DNA of 63,961 nucleotides, filler included, from Lenisia limosa (GCA_001655205.1; 10 parts of 10 records of this genome joined end to end with filler, not necessarily neighbours in it); one strand, 5' to 3'. Shown: positions 12,201-25,799, counted from the whole stretch's first letter. The notes: a model not told the origin generated them from the letters alone. Numbers and translations are program-made.

Positions 12201-13087
12201 TTTCTAAAGAATATTCCTCAAACCTCAACCATTTGACTTGGAATGTTGAGACCGATACCAGAGAAGAACTTGATTGTGTACCCCACAAGTCCATGGGATA
12301 TAGCTGCTGCACCTGGGAATGAAGTGAACGTGAATTCTTCTACAGAGAAAATGCCAAAAATGAGCTGTATATACTGTTATTCGACTTTAATGAAAGATTT
12401 TCAACAGTTCAACGCCAACCCTACCAAAGGAGTACTCCAGCATTAAGTTGGCCCCAACAAGTACGGCAGGTAATTCGCCGAGTACAGTGTAGGCAAATGT
12501 GTATGCTGCCCCTAGAGAATCAATACCGAATTAAGGGTAGAAAGGGTGGAGCTTAATTTTTGTCCCAGTTTATTTGATTTAATATTTTGATACAAGACAA
12601 GGGTCTAAGTCGGAATACATCAAATGGTGAGGTTAATAACATTGGAAAAAAAGTAGAAGAATATTGAAGGAAAACAACAAAAGAGCCCAAGACGAAACCC
12701 ACCGGAGACAGGGAAACGGGCCGACAATTCGGCATAAGCGAGGGCGTCAATCATGCATGCCACGCCGGCAAGGAAGAAGGACAGCACAGCCGCCGGACCA
12801 ATTTCTGTCGCCACCAGTCCTGCACCCGTCACACATATCGATCCCAGTCATTCAGGTTGAATATATCGGGTTATAAAACGAAACATGGTACTTGATTGCA
12901 TAATTAATCTCTGAATTTCCAAACCATAATCCAGCCCACCAGTGAGCACGAAGATGCCGGCACCAATGGTAGCACCGATTCCAAGCATGCATAAGTCCCA
13001 TAAGTCCAGATGACGCCTCAGCTGGCTTGTCACCGCCGAGACGGTCTTGCCTACAGCGAGTTGAATTGGGTGCGGCGGAATGGCGGG
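9238..13087 (-). CDS. Cationic amino-acid transporter (APC superfamily, CAT/SLC7-like), multi-exon; start not resolved (N gap)
   Basis: Exons LRRHLDLWDLCMLGIGATIGAGIFVLTG; AGPAA-type GPAAVLSFFLAGVACMIDALAYAELSARFPVSG; GAAYTFAYTVLGE; QPRIYFAMASDGLLPSFFAK; C-terminal ALAWLRLGVWSLVVLLFWVAFG; stop at 9238-9240. Confidence 0.9.
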
Positions 13088-13980
13088 NNNNNNNNNNNNN
13101 NNNNNNNNNNNNNNNNNNNNNNNNNNNNNNNNNNNNNNNNNNNNNNNNTGCTGACCAAATAGTGGCGAAAAGTAGCCCACACTATGTCTTCAAGATGTGT
13201 TTTTGAATAATAATTATTCATATCTCTGAATAGAAAGCCCTAAGAGAAGAGTGTTACTAAATAGAACCAATGAATTGGCTTGGTGGAAAGGAAGAAATAG
13301 AACAAAAATGAAAAAAATGACAGAAAGAGAGATCATAATTGCCCCTTCTCCAAGCAGCCTAAAGAAAAATCCAAATTAAAAAGAGTATGCCCCCCCCCCC
13401 TCCAACGTCGGAAGGCTGCCATGTGGCCTTGGGTTATTTGCCAAAGGAGGAGCTATGCCATGCGGCCTGGTTCAAACGGGATGTGACTTGGAAAGTTGTC
13501 AGCGTTACCTCCAAGTTGCCTCCAGGTTGCCTCCTCGTGTAATTGAGTGGGAGGGATGTCTTTGGTTTGGATTTACAAAAACAAGAGGCGGATATGGCAG
13601 AAAAGAGACAGCAGGCTGAATCGTTCTTCAAGGAATTGTCGGTTCTATCTTCTTTCTTCACAATGACGAAAATATAAAGCAATTAATAATTAACAATCCT
13701 GGACAGGAGCTGCAAGTTGGTTGCAAAGGCTGGGGCTGGGCTGGGGTGGCTGGGGGGCTCCTCAACTTCAAAGATCATTACGATCCTTAAGATCACGATG
13801 CTTTGCTCAAAAATCCATCGAAAAACTGGGTCTTTACACCCCCAGATGTTGATGAATTTAAGTTCCACCCCCGCCCCTCCNNNNNNNNNNNNNNNNNNNN
13901 NNNNNNNNNNNNNNNNNNNNNNNNNNNNNNNNNNNNNNNNNNNNNNNNNNNNNNNNNNNNNNNNNNNNNNNNNNNNNNNN

Positions 13981-15160
13981 TGAAGATAATGAGATAGTTG
14001 AGGAATCGGAGCTTTCCAATGTTCTTTCTCCTGACAGTACTTCTTCCAGAAGTGTTGATCTCCCCCCTCTTCAAACAAAACATGTTCCCAAGTCCAAGAA
14101 GGAGGACCTTCTCATGAGGTCATGCGCCACCGGAGACATTGCGAACATCAAACGCTGCCTTCTCTCTGTCAGCTCTAACGTGCAATGCGGTCCATTGAAG
14201 ATCACCCGTTTGGGGGTTGGCTGCTCTCTTGAGTGTTTTGTCCATATTGTCATATCAAGGTTATCTGTTGGTCATATATTTACTGCTTTTCTGTTTCTTT
14301 GATATCATCAGGGAATTAATGACATTCGATTGATCTGTGCCAAGCAATAAAATTTCTCCCCTTCATACAAATGACATCTATCAATGGTCCACCCAACTAT
14401 TTAGCCTTGCATGCTGCGGCGCTAAAGGGACAGACAAATGCAGTAAAAGTTGGTTGTAAGTACCTTCCATGAAAATTCCTTTTTACAAAGTGTCTTTTAT
14501 TGAATAATAAAAAGCTATTTCTGCAACGCATTGACTGGTGAGGCATATTTGCCCCCCCCCCCAACCGTATAACGTAATCAGGTACTCCTGCGGCNNNNNN
14601 NNNNNNNNNNNNNNNNNNNNNNNNNNNNNNNNNNNNNNNNNNNNNNNNNNNNNNNNNNNNNNNNNNNNNNGAAATGGCAGCACCGCCATGCACAACGCTG
14701 CAGCCCGTGGCGCACTCCTCATCTGCAGACTCCTGTTCTCAAGGTATTTACCATGAGCTTTTCCCCAAACAAGCAGAGTTTTGCTTTTGACTTCTGTTGT
14801 TCGTGTTTACATTATGTTGTTTTATAACCATATCACTGCGCTATCTCAAAAATGAAGCGGATGTGTTTTGTCAGTTTATATCCAAGAAACGCCTCGGTTC
14901 TGGTGGCCAACGGGGATGGCCAATTGCCGATTCATGTCGCACAAGCCGCACAGAACAAGGAGGTCATTGCATTCCTCAAGGATGCAAAGCTGAGAGAGGT
15001 AACCAAGGAATTCGGGTGATTCTTAAATAGAAAAGTTCATTTGTTTGGATAAATTGTGCTATATGTGCCTGATTTTTTTAGACTGGAAAGTCATGTGCGT
15101 CGTGCGGAAAAGCATTCAAGAAGATGCGTGTTACCGCCCTCCCTTGCCTGTCCTGCTCCC
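13981..15160 (+). CDS. Ankyrin-repeat protein with a C-terminal Cys-rich (zinc-finger-like) exon; may start near 13387
   Basis: Exons EDLLMRSCATGDIANIKRCLL; ALHAAALKGQTNAVK; NGSTAMHNAAARGALLICRLL; NGDGQLPIHVAQAAQNKEVIAFL; then TGKSCASCGKAFKKMRVTALPCLSCS. Confidence 0.75.
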
Positions 15161-15649
15161 GTATGCTTTAACCAAAACAGACACAAATAATCACTGTTTT
15201 TCAGAATTACACAACTATGATTACCCTTAAAATATCTTGGTATTTCTATTTCTTGAATTGTTTTATAAGCTAATGGTCCCTCGACCACCCAGGATCATAC
15301 TGTCGTCTTTGTTGCTGCAGAGACCTCCCTCCTTCAACTGCCTGCACACTCCTTCTGGCCGAACCCCGTCCTTTCAATGTTGGTGCTTTTGGGTGCTGAT
15401 TTCTATTGTTGGGTACCCAAGTCCTGATATGGGGTGGTGCTATGTTTAAGAATGCCAAAAGATCTACAATCCAGAGATTTTGCTGACACACCTGGCCAGC
15501 TTCGTCTTCCTACCTCTATTGTGATTTGGCAAATCATGTAATAGTTGTAGCTCTGCGGGATACCCTAGATATGACCTTTTTCAAATCCCTTAGGGGTATA
15601 TTTTAGTTGTATGGAAGTATTGATTGTATTCTGCACACAGTCCTCACAG

Positions 15650-18150
15650 CATTACAGGGGACATCTACACCCACAGTCCTCCCCACTCCCCACATTATTG
15701 ATGAAATAAAACCTACTCCCGCTCCGCCTGTCAAGTAAGCCTCATTGAGTTTGTGCAAATGTGATACTATATATCAAGGATTCTCTTGTTCTTTCTACAA
15801 TCAACTTGAGCTTTATTTCAATGCACTATTTAGTAATATTCTTAGAGGGCCAAAGACAATCTACTACGACAATCATGGACTTCTGAGAATTACGTATGAC
15901 AGGGCAGTCGTTGAGTTTAGTGAGATTCAGTGCAGAATACATAAACCAGACTTTGTTCTGTACCCTTACGCTCAGTGCTACTGGAGAGACATATACAGAC
16001 CAGACAACACCCTACAATCTTTGTGACCGATGTTATGTTGGACGTTTGTGGGAGGTGTTCCCAACAATGCCGTTGGACTCCCTTGTAGCCTGCTTAATGG
16101 TGAGGTATTGTGCTTCAAGCTTTATTTCACAACTGAAGGGGGGGGGGTGAGTTGAAATAAAGAGAACGACATTATGTAGCTATATATATATGATATATAT
16201 AGATATATATATATTATAGCTATATGCATATCATATATCATAATAAACATATACTATATTTATTTTGCCTTTGCTTTTATTCTCAAAATATAATGGGATA
16301 TTGCGTGGCCTCTGCGCAAGGCTACCTTTCCAACATTGCAGGAATCTGGGCATGACAGAGAAAAGGCTGAAGAGGGGCTGACAACTTTGTTGGAAGCTTC
16401 CGCGTCTTACAAAAGAGACGAGTTCGGCAACCTCAGGCCGATCACTCAGCGCGATACGTGAGAGGGTTCCTTCTTTTCACTCAGTTGGAAAGAGCTATGT
16501 TTCTGATACTTTTGCAGCAGTGTGAATTTTAATAGCACCCAGAGCTTACATATTTATAAATAGTTGTCCATTACTTCGGCTCGAAAGTCGATTTGTACGT
16601 ATCATTAGTGGATATTAGACCAGTGGATCTTTCATCTTGTTATTTATGGATGTTGTTTTAGCATTTGTGATTCACGGTTTAGGAATAGGCAGAGTATTCT
16701 CCCAGATTATAACAGAAGTAGCAGTGGGGGGGTATTCTGGATTATGACATAATTGGGTTCTCATTCGATCATTAACTTCATTCTGTGGCCCAGATCCCGC
16801 AATCTCACCCCCAGATGCAAGCCTAAGTGTTCTGCCAGCTGCATCAGTTGTCATAGATAAGTTGGCTGGGTGGAAAGAGGAACTCAAAATGACTCAGACA
16901 TAATCAAATATGTCCACCAACGACAATTTTAACCATCCAGATGGCCTGTTGAAACGGTCGAATTGAATGAGCGCAAACCGGGCGTCTCTGAAGAGATGGT
17001 ATGATTTTGGGTCTATTAATATGATGCCATACTCGTCACCCGCTATTGTTAGCCTGAAGTGGCTTGGACATGTATTATATGATATCATGTGACTGGTGAA
17101 TATTGTGATACGTTTTCGTGTACTTTGTACTACATCACAGAATTGAAGACGTAAGTTCCAATGACGGCTTCAGTTAGCAGAGGCTCTTTCGGTCACTAAC
17201 GGTGATGTGAATGCTGCGTGTATCTGGCTAGATAACCAAACGGGTGGGGGTCATAACAGCATGTCTTGTTTCTCCTTGCACCATAATCTCCTCCTATTTT
17301 TTCTCTGTTCCCCATGAACAACTTTATGTAGACATTTACTTTTCAGCTCACGAAATACCCGAGGTTAAGCCGGAAACAGTGTTTTCGCCCAACACCCTGG
17401 CTAAGTCGCCTCCGTGTCCTTATTCTATTGGTGAGATAATTGACTTGTATGTATGATTTCTTATTCCTTGTGTGATAGTTTCCTTCTAACTCACTAGGTG
17501 GATCAAATCCGCAACCATCATCTCCAATTAACCCCGTCTCTGTTGACGAGACCATCATTGTAGGCTTGTTATCTAACACTGTTGCTTAAAAAGGAGAGTA
17601 TTCCTTCATCGTTTTGTTTTTATTTGCACACTATTGCATGATTCAGCACTGTTAACACCGAAGGCAACTTTCCCGACACTAGACAGGGAGGTTGTGGCCT
17701 TCTTCGTGGAGCAAGGCAACAGAAATATCAAGGGTAGTCTGGTGGAATGCTCTAAGAGGGTAGTCTGGCGGAAATATCAAGGCTCTACGAGGTGTTTGTT
17801 CTTTGATAGTTTAATTTTTTTATCACCTCTTTTCTCATTGCACATCGTCAGTTGTGTATTTCGTGAATACACAGTTGAATACGAGAGCTCCTGTGTTATT
17901 ATTGCGTAGAAATAGTGAACTTGGTCACATCTGAAACCGGGCTTCAGCCCAAGGCAATTTCAAAGGTTTGTACTATTACCCCCTCTTCTAGATGCCACTT
18001 TTTGATTGATCAGGGAGGCAAGAAATCTAATAATGCGATTACAGCTGCAGAAGCGGATCTTCAACTGGTGCTATTGTTAGTGGTTTTCATTACTGCGAAC
18101 ACGTCTATCTGGCAGTTGAAACCCGTAATACCTCCGCAGACTGACTACGG
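15650..18150 (+). CDS. Hypothetical multi-exon protein(s) with UBA-like and CUE-like segments
   Basis: Splice-bounded exons including LAEALSVTNGDVNAACIWLDNQT (about 17174-17262, UBA C-terminal helix pattern) and KATFPTLDREVVAFFVEQGNRNI (about 17648-17760, CUE-like FP motif). Exon chain not fully resolved. Confidence 0.4.
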
Positions 18151-18239
18151 CTGAGAACACACGAGCTGAAAGAGGCCGGACAGTCTTTGACGATCTTCGT
18201 GACATTCAGGTCGGTAGGGTTGACTACGTTGGCTTATTG

Positions 18240-19900
18240 AGAGGGCAAGATGAACTATAAGGGTCTTCATCTGAAATCTGAGGTGGATCGTTGGCTGTGT
18301 TTTGTTCTTTTGTGGGGTTTACAACTTGGGCTTTTCTTTTGACACCGTCAGAATGACAGGTACGATTTCATTTTCGACACACGGAAGAAGAGCAAGCCGT
18401 ATTTCAGCTACTTCGTCGGCGTTGCCTGTCTGCTTTTCTTCTTCTATTCACTGTACTACAACGGGGGAATTGCGACCCTCAAAGAAAACTGGACAATTGG
18501 CCCGTCTGTCAACACGTTGATTGAACTTGGCGGCAACATGGTAGTAGGGTCTTGCTGTGTTTGAGTTTAAGGCTTTATAATGGGTGTTTGGACTTTAAGG
18601 CTTTATTATGGTTGCATTTATTTGTTTTTACGTCTCACGTTAAAATATTATTGATAGAGTATCACAGGAATCCCCGTTGACAATTTAGGGGGACTTGGTT
18701 CGAGAGGGAGAGTGGTGGCGAATGGCCACGGCACCCTTTCTCCATGCGGGTGTTATTCATATTGGTGGGGGGGGGGGTAATATGACTTTATTAGATACTG
18801 TTTTGAAATATTTACATATTACCATTCAGATGTTCGAATCCATTTAATAACTTTTTAGCGATGAACGCAGCAGTACTTTGGACCACAATGCGAGGCCTGG
18901 AGAGAGACTGGGGCATTGTGGCTATGATAGGAATCTACGCCGCCGGATGTCTTGTCGGCAATCTTGGTGGGCGATGCTGATTATCTTGCTGGGGCTTTGT
19001 AAAAGCAGATGATAGAACAATGAATATAACCGTCCCCCCCCCCCCNNNNNNNNNNNNNNNNNNNNNNNNNNNNNNNNNNNNNNNNNNNNNNNNNNNNNNN
19101 NNNNNGGCGAGTAGCGGGCTCATGGCCCTTTTCGGAGCTCTCATCTCAGATACCACTATCAACTACGCTGTAATGACTCGAGTGGGTGGAGGCGTAAATC
19201 ATATAGAACTCCTGATGACTATTGTTTTGTACTCAAGTCCTAACCGCAAAGGCGCGAAGGCAGCTTGTCATCCACATCACCACCGTCGTTATCTACTTTG
19301 TGTTCGGCTTTCTGCCGTTCATTGACAACATGGTCCATGGAGGCGGCATGCTTGGGGGGATGGCTGCAGCGTTCCTGCTTCTCCCCATGTACAAAGCTAG
19401 TGGCAAGAAGGTGGGACACAACAGCCTACTTTTTATATTTTCCGGCTTGTTGGTGAAACTCATCTTACACTACCCTGGCTTCTTACGATGAAATTTCAAA
19501 AAAGACCAAGTATGATGAATTGGCCTTCTTTCATTGACGATCAAGGTTGCAGTTGTCCGGATTGGCGGCTTCGTTTTCCTCATTACTATGATTGCTCCTC
19601 TTGTTTTCATCTTGGAAACCACGAGCACAGAGTGGAACTGTGAAGTATGTTGTGCCATTGCAGGTCATTTCAACTGCTGATTTTGACTTTTGATTTTTGA
19701 TACTTGTTTTGTTGGGTTTGTTTCTTTTTTTGTTTCATATTAGCCTGGTAGTTTAGTTTTAGTTTTGAATGCAGTGTTTCCTTTCGTACTGCTGACACTT
19801 CCCATATTACTCATTTCTGCCTCTCATAATAGAAGATGATGGACAGTGTCTTGCAATACTGCTATCATTGAATGTACCAGGCACCTTGCAAGATTGATCA
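18240..19900 (+). CDS. Rhomboid-family intramembrane serine protease
   Basis: Exons ENWTIGPSVNTLIELGG; GEWWRMATAPFLHAGVIHI; MNAAVLWTTMRGLERDWG; [G]ASSGLMALFGALISD (catalytic Ser region); GFLPFIDNMVHGGGMLGG (catalytic His). Confidence 0.88.
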
Positions 19901-19949
19901 CTAGCGATGTTGAATCTTCCAAAACCATGATACCATAAGACCAAAAAAC

Positions 19950-22070
19950 ACATCTTAGGAGGAAGCCTTCTTCACTTTCTTTACTTTGCCTTTACCGAGT
20001 TTCTTCTTTTGGGCTGCTAGCTTCTTACTGGTTTGTGCCTGGAGAAGTAAACAAAGTCCCAGACCATACAACTTCACCTTAGTTGTTTGATATCAATATA
20101 TTTGTCTCTATATATTTTGAAACTAAAGACCCGAATACCGTTGTTTTTCGCTTTTCTTGTCTCTCAGCAAACTCGGTATCTCTCAAATGCTAGAGAAAAT
20201 AAGCACAAAAATCAAAACAATTCAAAACAGAATCAGCTTTGTTGACTATTGCTGTAATAGCCCCACCATTTCGGCCAAGAAAGCCGCCTTCTTTGTCTCA
20301 GAAATCTCCTTGATGACATCCTTCTCGTCCAGTTCGTACTCTGTCATCCGAGTGCCAATGTCCGCTTCAACCTGAAAAGTTCATCCATCTGTGTTCTACA
20401 TCATAATTCGGTTTACGTTGTATTTTTGATTCGTTACAAATCAACTAGTCACAATTAGTGAATGTTATCGCATTTACCGCTGGCCCTCAAACCGCCTTAA
20501 CACGTTGCACGTCATATTGCGTTGTGAATGAGATTGCGCGTCCCTTGCGCCCAGCACGCGCGGTTCGACCCACACGGTGAATGTAGTCCTATTTCATAAA
20601 TAGTTGAGGATAATATATCACACTACACTGTAGAATAAATGGAGGGAGGGGGGTCAAGATGGGAAAGTAAAATCGTAATATTCCGCATTATCTAATCAGA
20701 CTTCATACCTTAACGTCTTGAGGCATGTCGTAGTTAATGACGAGGTTGACTGTTTGGATGTCAAGACCTCTGGAGGCAACATCCGTTGCTATCAGGACCT
20801 GAACCAGGGTTAACAAGGTTGCTGAGGAACTCATCAAACAACCAGGGTCAATAAGTTCTGAGTTACAGAGTTACGTATCAGATAGAGGCAACAAAGTAGA
20901 CCAGCAATCTCTTTTTATCAACCCAGGCCAGAAGCGATCAGGCCAACCTTAGTCTTAAGACCCTTGAAAAGATTCAATGACCTCATTCGCTCTTGCATTG
21001 AGAGCTGTGCGGGGAGGGGGGGGGGTAAAATTGGAAAATGAAGCAAAAAAGCCCACATCAACTCTGTTGGCTGACAACACACGAGGGTTGATAACAACAA
21101 AACANNNNNNNNNNNNNNNNNNNNNNNNNNNNNNNNNNNNNNNNNNNNNNNNNNNNNNNNNNNNNNNNNNNNNNCGAGAGGAAATAATGGATCATATACA
21201 AGAATGTAAAAGTTTGGTTGTCAGATAAGTGTTTCTAACAAACCATGGAGTGAAGTGCCACACTCTCAATCTTCAGTTCGTGGAGCATTACTTGGAGTTT
21301 TTCAGCAGTTCTAAACGGGTGTCAATAACAATACATTAAAATAATAACTTGTACATTCAATAGTATTATTCATATGATATGGTATGCAAATATGTTGGCT
21401 TTTTGCCCCTCCCTACGCGCATCTTCCGCAAAACACGATGATACTTTCGCATTCGGACTCAGCCAGGATGTGATGAAGGTAAGTTTCCTTGAGGGTGGGA
21501 GGCATGAGAAGGTAGTTCTGCTCCAACTCCGATACGGTCTCAAGCCTGAACAGCGGTAATGGAGGTAATGGGAACATCAACAACAACTTCGAATTTGAGT
21601 TTCGTGTGTCAACAGTATTATTGCAAACCCTTCAGTTGCGGAGTACACAAAAGCGTCCGTCATGTTGTTCTCCTTCAAACTTGCCAGTGTGTCTGTTAAT
21701 GTGGCACTGTATAGAAGTGTTTGACGCTCCTCGGGTAATTCAGCTACAAGGAGGGGGGGGGGGNNNNNNNNNNNNNNNNNNNNNNNNNNNNNNNNNNNNN
21801 NNNNNNNNNNNNNNNNNNNNNNNNNNNNNNNNNNNNNNNNNNNNNNNNNNNNNNNNNNNNNNNNNNNNNNNNNNNNNNNNNNNNNNNNNNNNNNNNNNNN
21901 NNNNNNNNNNNNNNGTGGTGTCAGCCAACATAATTGATTTTGGTTTTTGTTAATATTTCATAAATTTTCCAATCCCCACCCCCTACCAAACACAGGGGCC
22001 AACTCTGCGGCAAATCCAGGTTCCAAAAGACGATCCGCCTCATCAAGAACCTGGATGTCAAATGACTGTC
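19950..22070 (-). CDS. DDX49: DEAD-box RNA helicase DDX49/DBP8, 5'-truncated at contig end
   Basis: VLDEADRLL; [11 protein letters not shown]; [24 protein letters not shown]; [23 protein letters not shown]; C-terminal [25 protein letters not shown] pattern typical of Dbp8. Confidence 0.8.
21025..21104 (-). repeat. Intronic repeat family B copy, directly upstream of a 3' splice site
   Basis: On the minus strand reads ...TTTTCCAATTTTACCCCCCCCCTCCCCGCACAG|exon; sense to DDX49. Confidence 0.8.
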
Positions 22071-22164
22071 AATGCTACTTCAATGCTTTTGAAATAACAA
22101 ACGTCGTATGTATGTACATTGCGTTTACCGTAACTATGTGAACCTAACAAAACTCCACCCACGA

Positions 22165-22264
22165 NNNNNNNNNNNNNNNNNNNNNNNNNNNNNNNNNNNN
22201 NNNNNNNNTTAATTAATTAANNNNNNNNNNNNNNNNNNNNNNNNNNNNNNNNNNNNNNNNNNNN
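22165..22264. other. Artificial contig-joining linker (44N-TTAATTAATTAA-44N)
   Basis: The 12-mer has stops in all six frames and is flanked by 44 N on each side. The DDX49 gene is cut here. The same core recurs at 31003, 40552, 45031, 48657, 55955, 57379, 58843 and 62018. Confidence 0.95.
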
Positions 22265-22329
22265 GGGGGGGGGGGGTATCCAATGGGTTGAGTAGTAATA
22301 TGTAATATCGTTTTCCTTCCATCTTTTGG

Positions 22330-25300
22330 TAACCGTTCAGATTGAAAAGAACAAGGGACAGTGCCGAAGTTGACCTCGGCTCCCCGAGTGCAACACGTGC
22401 TGTGAGAGCCAACCGTAGGGGGGTGCAAGCCTTGGATGAATGGGCTGGAGGGAGGCGGAAGCTGATCTTCTTGGGGTTTAGAGTACTGCCTTCTCCGGCT
22501 TTGACTTGGGGTTTAGAGCCCGACCTGGACTTACACATTCAGCGTTCCTGTCAGTGCCGTCACAAGCGTCACCTCGCAAGTCCCTGCTCGATAGAATCTC
22601 AAATAGCACCCCCGAGAAGCCTTCTGCCAACACCAATGGTGGGCATTGCCAATACGGCCACCTTGGTCAAAAATGCCTTGCGTGCGTTATCTTTGCGCTT
22701 TTTTATCATCATTATCCGAAATCGATAACGATCCAGTCGGACCGAAAGCGGCGTTTGGTCGCCGTCTCGAGTTTTAGTGCCTTTGAGGCCCCAGGTTTAT
22801 TAATGTATTGTTGTTGTATTTGTACAGTATTATGTTGGCATGATCAGAATATTNNNNNNNNNNNNNNNNNNNNNNNNNNNNNNNNNNNNNNNNNNNNNNN
22901 NNNNNNNNNNNNNNNNNNNNNNNNNNNNNNNNNNCATTTGAATGTCATTTCGGCTGCATTTTGTTTTGTCATCTTTGTGTAATCATTTGTCTTATCCCAT
23001 CGACAACGAGTCGACAATCAACCAATCAACCCAATGTCTCAACCAGAGCAAACATTGGTGACGTGTACCTGTTACTCCCGGGTACCGGGCCACCGTTTTT
23101 TTGGGATGCGGGATTTCCATTTAAGCCTTCCGCATTTCATTAGACTACTTTTCTTATTTTGTGCTCCCCCGACCCAAGAGCAAGCAAACAACAAGAGCTG
23201 CAGGGAAGTGGGACTGGAGACTGCAAACTTATCGCCGCATGGGGAAACATTCTGCCTCTTCAGGCCTCTTTTCGCCTGAGCCAAATGTGGTCAGGTAGGC
23301 GGTGGTGAGGCCAACTACCCAATTACTGGCGCTTTGAAGCTCCTTTTACTCCAATCTCAATCTATGGCTGATCTCTCTTTCTCTTTTGTTTTTTTGTTGA
23401 AAATAATATTCCTTTTTGTGTAGCTAGTTAGCTGAATTGTCAATTTTCAGGTATCATTGATTGGACTGAGTTGTCAATTCTCAGGTATTATTGATTGGAC
23501 TGGTTGAAATCTGGTCCCCTGACACAATCACGAAACTGGTACTTTGACAACGCTGACGTGCCTCTTTGCTCGGAAAAGATGATGTCGTCACGCTCGACAT
23601 CATCGCATCCCTTGCAGCAAATGACGACTGTCACAATTGCCGATGTCTTGTCTGACAATAGCGATTTAGGTGGAGGGGGGGGGGTGAAGTGGAAACGCTA
23701 GTATGTGTGTTTCCTCTATTACAGCACGTGATATAGCTGGTACAATCATGAGGAGCGAGTGGATCACTCTCCTCACGGGATCTTAGATATTTGATATGAC
23801 AAGTACCGAACTCACCACCCAGATGACAAAGTAGAGGGAACTACTCAGACAAGTTGTCCTGATTTGGATGATCCGATAGAGTATGTGGTAGTCCTGCTCT
23901 CGTTTTCTTCTGTGTCTTGTTTTTTTTTCTCTCTGCCTCTTTTTTCTTATTTTCCCCTTTTCTTCTGCTTCCTTACCGAGTTCAGTATCCCAGTGGAATC
24001 ATGGGCATTGTTCCTGGCCAGACACTTGGCCTTTCTTCTCCCATCATGCCTGTTCCATGTTTGCTCACACCGTCTTGGCTTCATTCCATATTTGGTAGGC
24101 AAGAAACTAAATAATTCGCATTTGCGATATCACTGTAGCAAGAATTTTGAATTACAAAGATAAACTTGGTGTGTTTGTCTATCAAAAATGTTTCCAGGGA
24201 TTTTGTTGATAACTCTCTTATTGTCCTCAGGACTCCACAGACGGAATGAAAGGACTCACCTCTCCCAGTGAGGGGTTTTGGGGGGTGGGGCAACAAAGAA
24301 TGATATCATAAAACCTAGGTAAATACAGGTTCTTCGCTGGTCTTTTTCTAAGGTTCTTCGCAGGTCTTTTTCTACGACATGGATTAGTGATGGTGGTCAC
24401 TGTCTGATACTAATATTATTATTTTTAACTATCTAAGTTTTATCCCATACAAAAATTCATATCCCCCTCAGTTGCAGGGGCTGTGAAACGAAGGTCCGGC
24501 CTAATCACGTCACTCCTTGAGGCCCATGATCAGGCCAAACGCAAGGCCTGGACTGACGTCGTCCAGATACCCTCGGCATTGACTGTTATGGTGGGGGGGG
24601 CTTGTTNNNNNNNNNNNNNNNNNNNNNNNNNNNNNNNNNNNNNNNNNNNNNNNNNNNNNNNNNNNNNNNNNNNNNNNNNNNNNNNNNNNNNNNNNNNNNN
24701 NNNNNNNNNNNNNNNNNACCTAGATTGACGACTGGAGCAAGACAAGAGCTTTGCCTCCTCTCGAGTCTTCCTTGAAACTTAGACGCGAAAAAGGTCAGCC
24801 CAAAACTGGACTTATTGCCAGTCTCTGAGCCTTTTCCACGTATCACTCCTTACCATAATGATAAGCTTAGGCTTTCTGACACCAGTGCATTCCCCAAGCC
24901 CAAGGCCAGAGGTTAGTTGATATCTTCGCATTAACACGGTGGAATAGTTCTCACCTTTCAGCCTGCTGCAAACCCCTTCAAAATGACCCACGCCACAACC
25001 GACCTTTTGTCGCTGTGTACCCCAGGTGCGTCGCCCCTCTTTACCCCGCTCTCCATGGTGGGGGGGGGGGNNNNNNNNNNNNNNNNNNNNNNNNNNNNNN
25101 NNNNNNNNNNNNNNNNNNNNNNNNNNNNNNNNNNNNNNNNNNNNNNNNNNGGAAACGTGGTTGATCTCACTCAACTGAAACAATGCTTGATAGCTTCTAC
25201 ATCTCAGGCATGAAGGCATGGGTTTTTCAAGGTCTTCTAAATAGCTCTTGTACAATTTCCGCTTAACCGACCAAGACGCCTTCTATCCCAAGTGCGGTTG
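22330..25300 (+). CDS. Probable hypothetical multi-exon gene(s), product unknown
   Basis: Several AG/GT-bounded open segments, e.g. AVKRRSGLITSLLEAHDQAKRKAWTDVVQIPSALTVM (about 24478-24590) and IDDWSKTRALPPLESSLKLRREK. No family recognised. Confidence 0.3.
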
Positions 25301-25371
25301 GTGAGGCGCTTCACTTGCCCATCTCGTCCATGTCCTCACCTCGAAACGTAGGGGGCATATTGCCAGATACA

Positions 25372-25452
25372 TACAGTGACCGGGATAAGTCTTGACCGAT
25401 TTGCTTTGTGGTTTCCCAATGAAAATCGGTAAGACTTATCCCGGTTACTGTA
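25372..25452. mobile_element. MITE-like hairpin element, family A (best copy)
   Basis: TA CAGTGACCGGGATAAGTCTTGACCGATTT ... AAAATCGGTAAGACTTATCCCGGTTACTG TA: long near-perfect inverted repeat, TA flanks, CAGT termini as in Tc1/mariner/pogo. Confidence 0.75.
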
Positions 25453-25799
25453 CATAGAATGGAAAGTTCAAGCAGCTCTAATTCAACGATTACATTATCC
25501 TGGCAATCTGACCTTCTAACTTTCTACAGCATCTGCTTTCGACGTCGACTCTCCACACTGGCCGCTCCTTCACCCTCACTTCACCCCCCATCTTGGTTTG
25601 TTCTTGCAATTCCAGTCTTGCACAGGCGTCACTTCTGTTGGTGAAGTTGAGAGAAGAACACTATTTGGAAGCTAATTAATACATATTATCTAGAATTAGT
25701 GTCGCTTTCTTGCGAGCATCGTCATTACATGCCTGACCTTCAAGGCTGAAGAAAACCCTGACTTTGAGCCTTCCGCCCCCCTGTCTTTCTTCCCGGCAG

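Noticed and set aside
16672-17088. Minus-strand ORF of about 140 codons with one TGA as a relic gene
   Set aside because: The plus strand has well-formed splice-bounded exons here (e.g. CAG|...WPVETVELNERKPGVSEEM|GTATG), so it is probably an antisense shadow.
22209-22220. Recurrent TTAATTAATTAA as a biological motif or element end
   Set aside because: Always embedded in 44 N on each side and stops all six frames; it is an assembly linker.
22265-22730. N-terminal half of DDX49
   Set aside because: It lies beyond a linker on another contig and has no Q-motif or Walker A in any minus frame I read.
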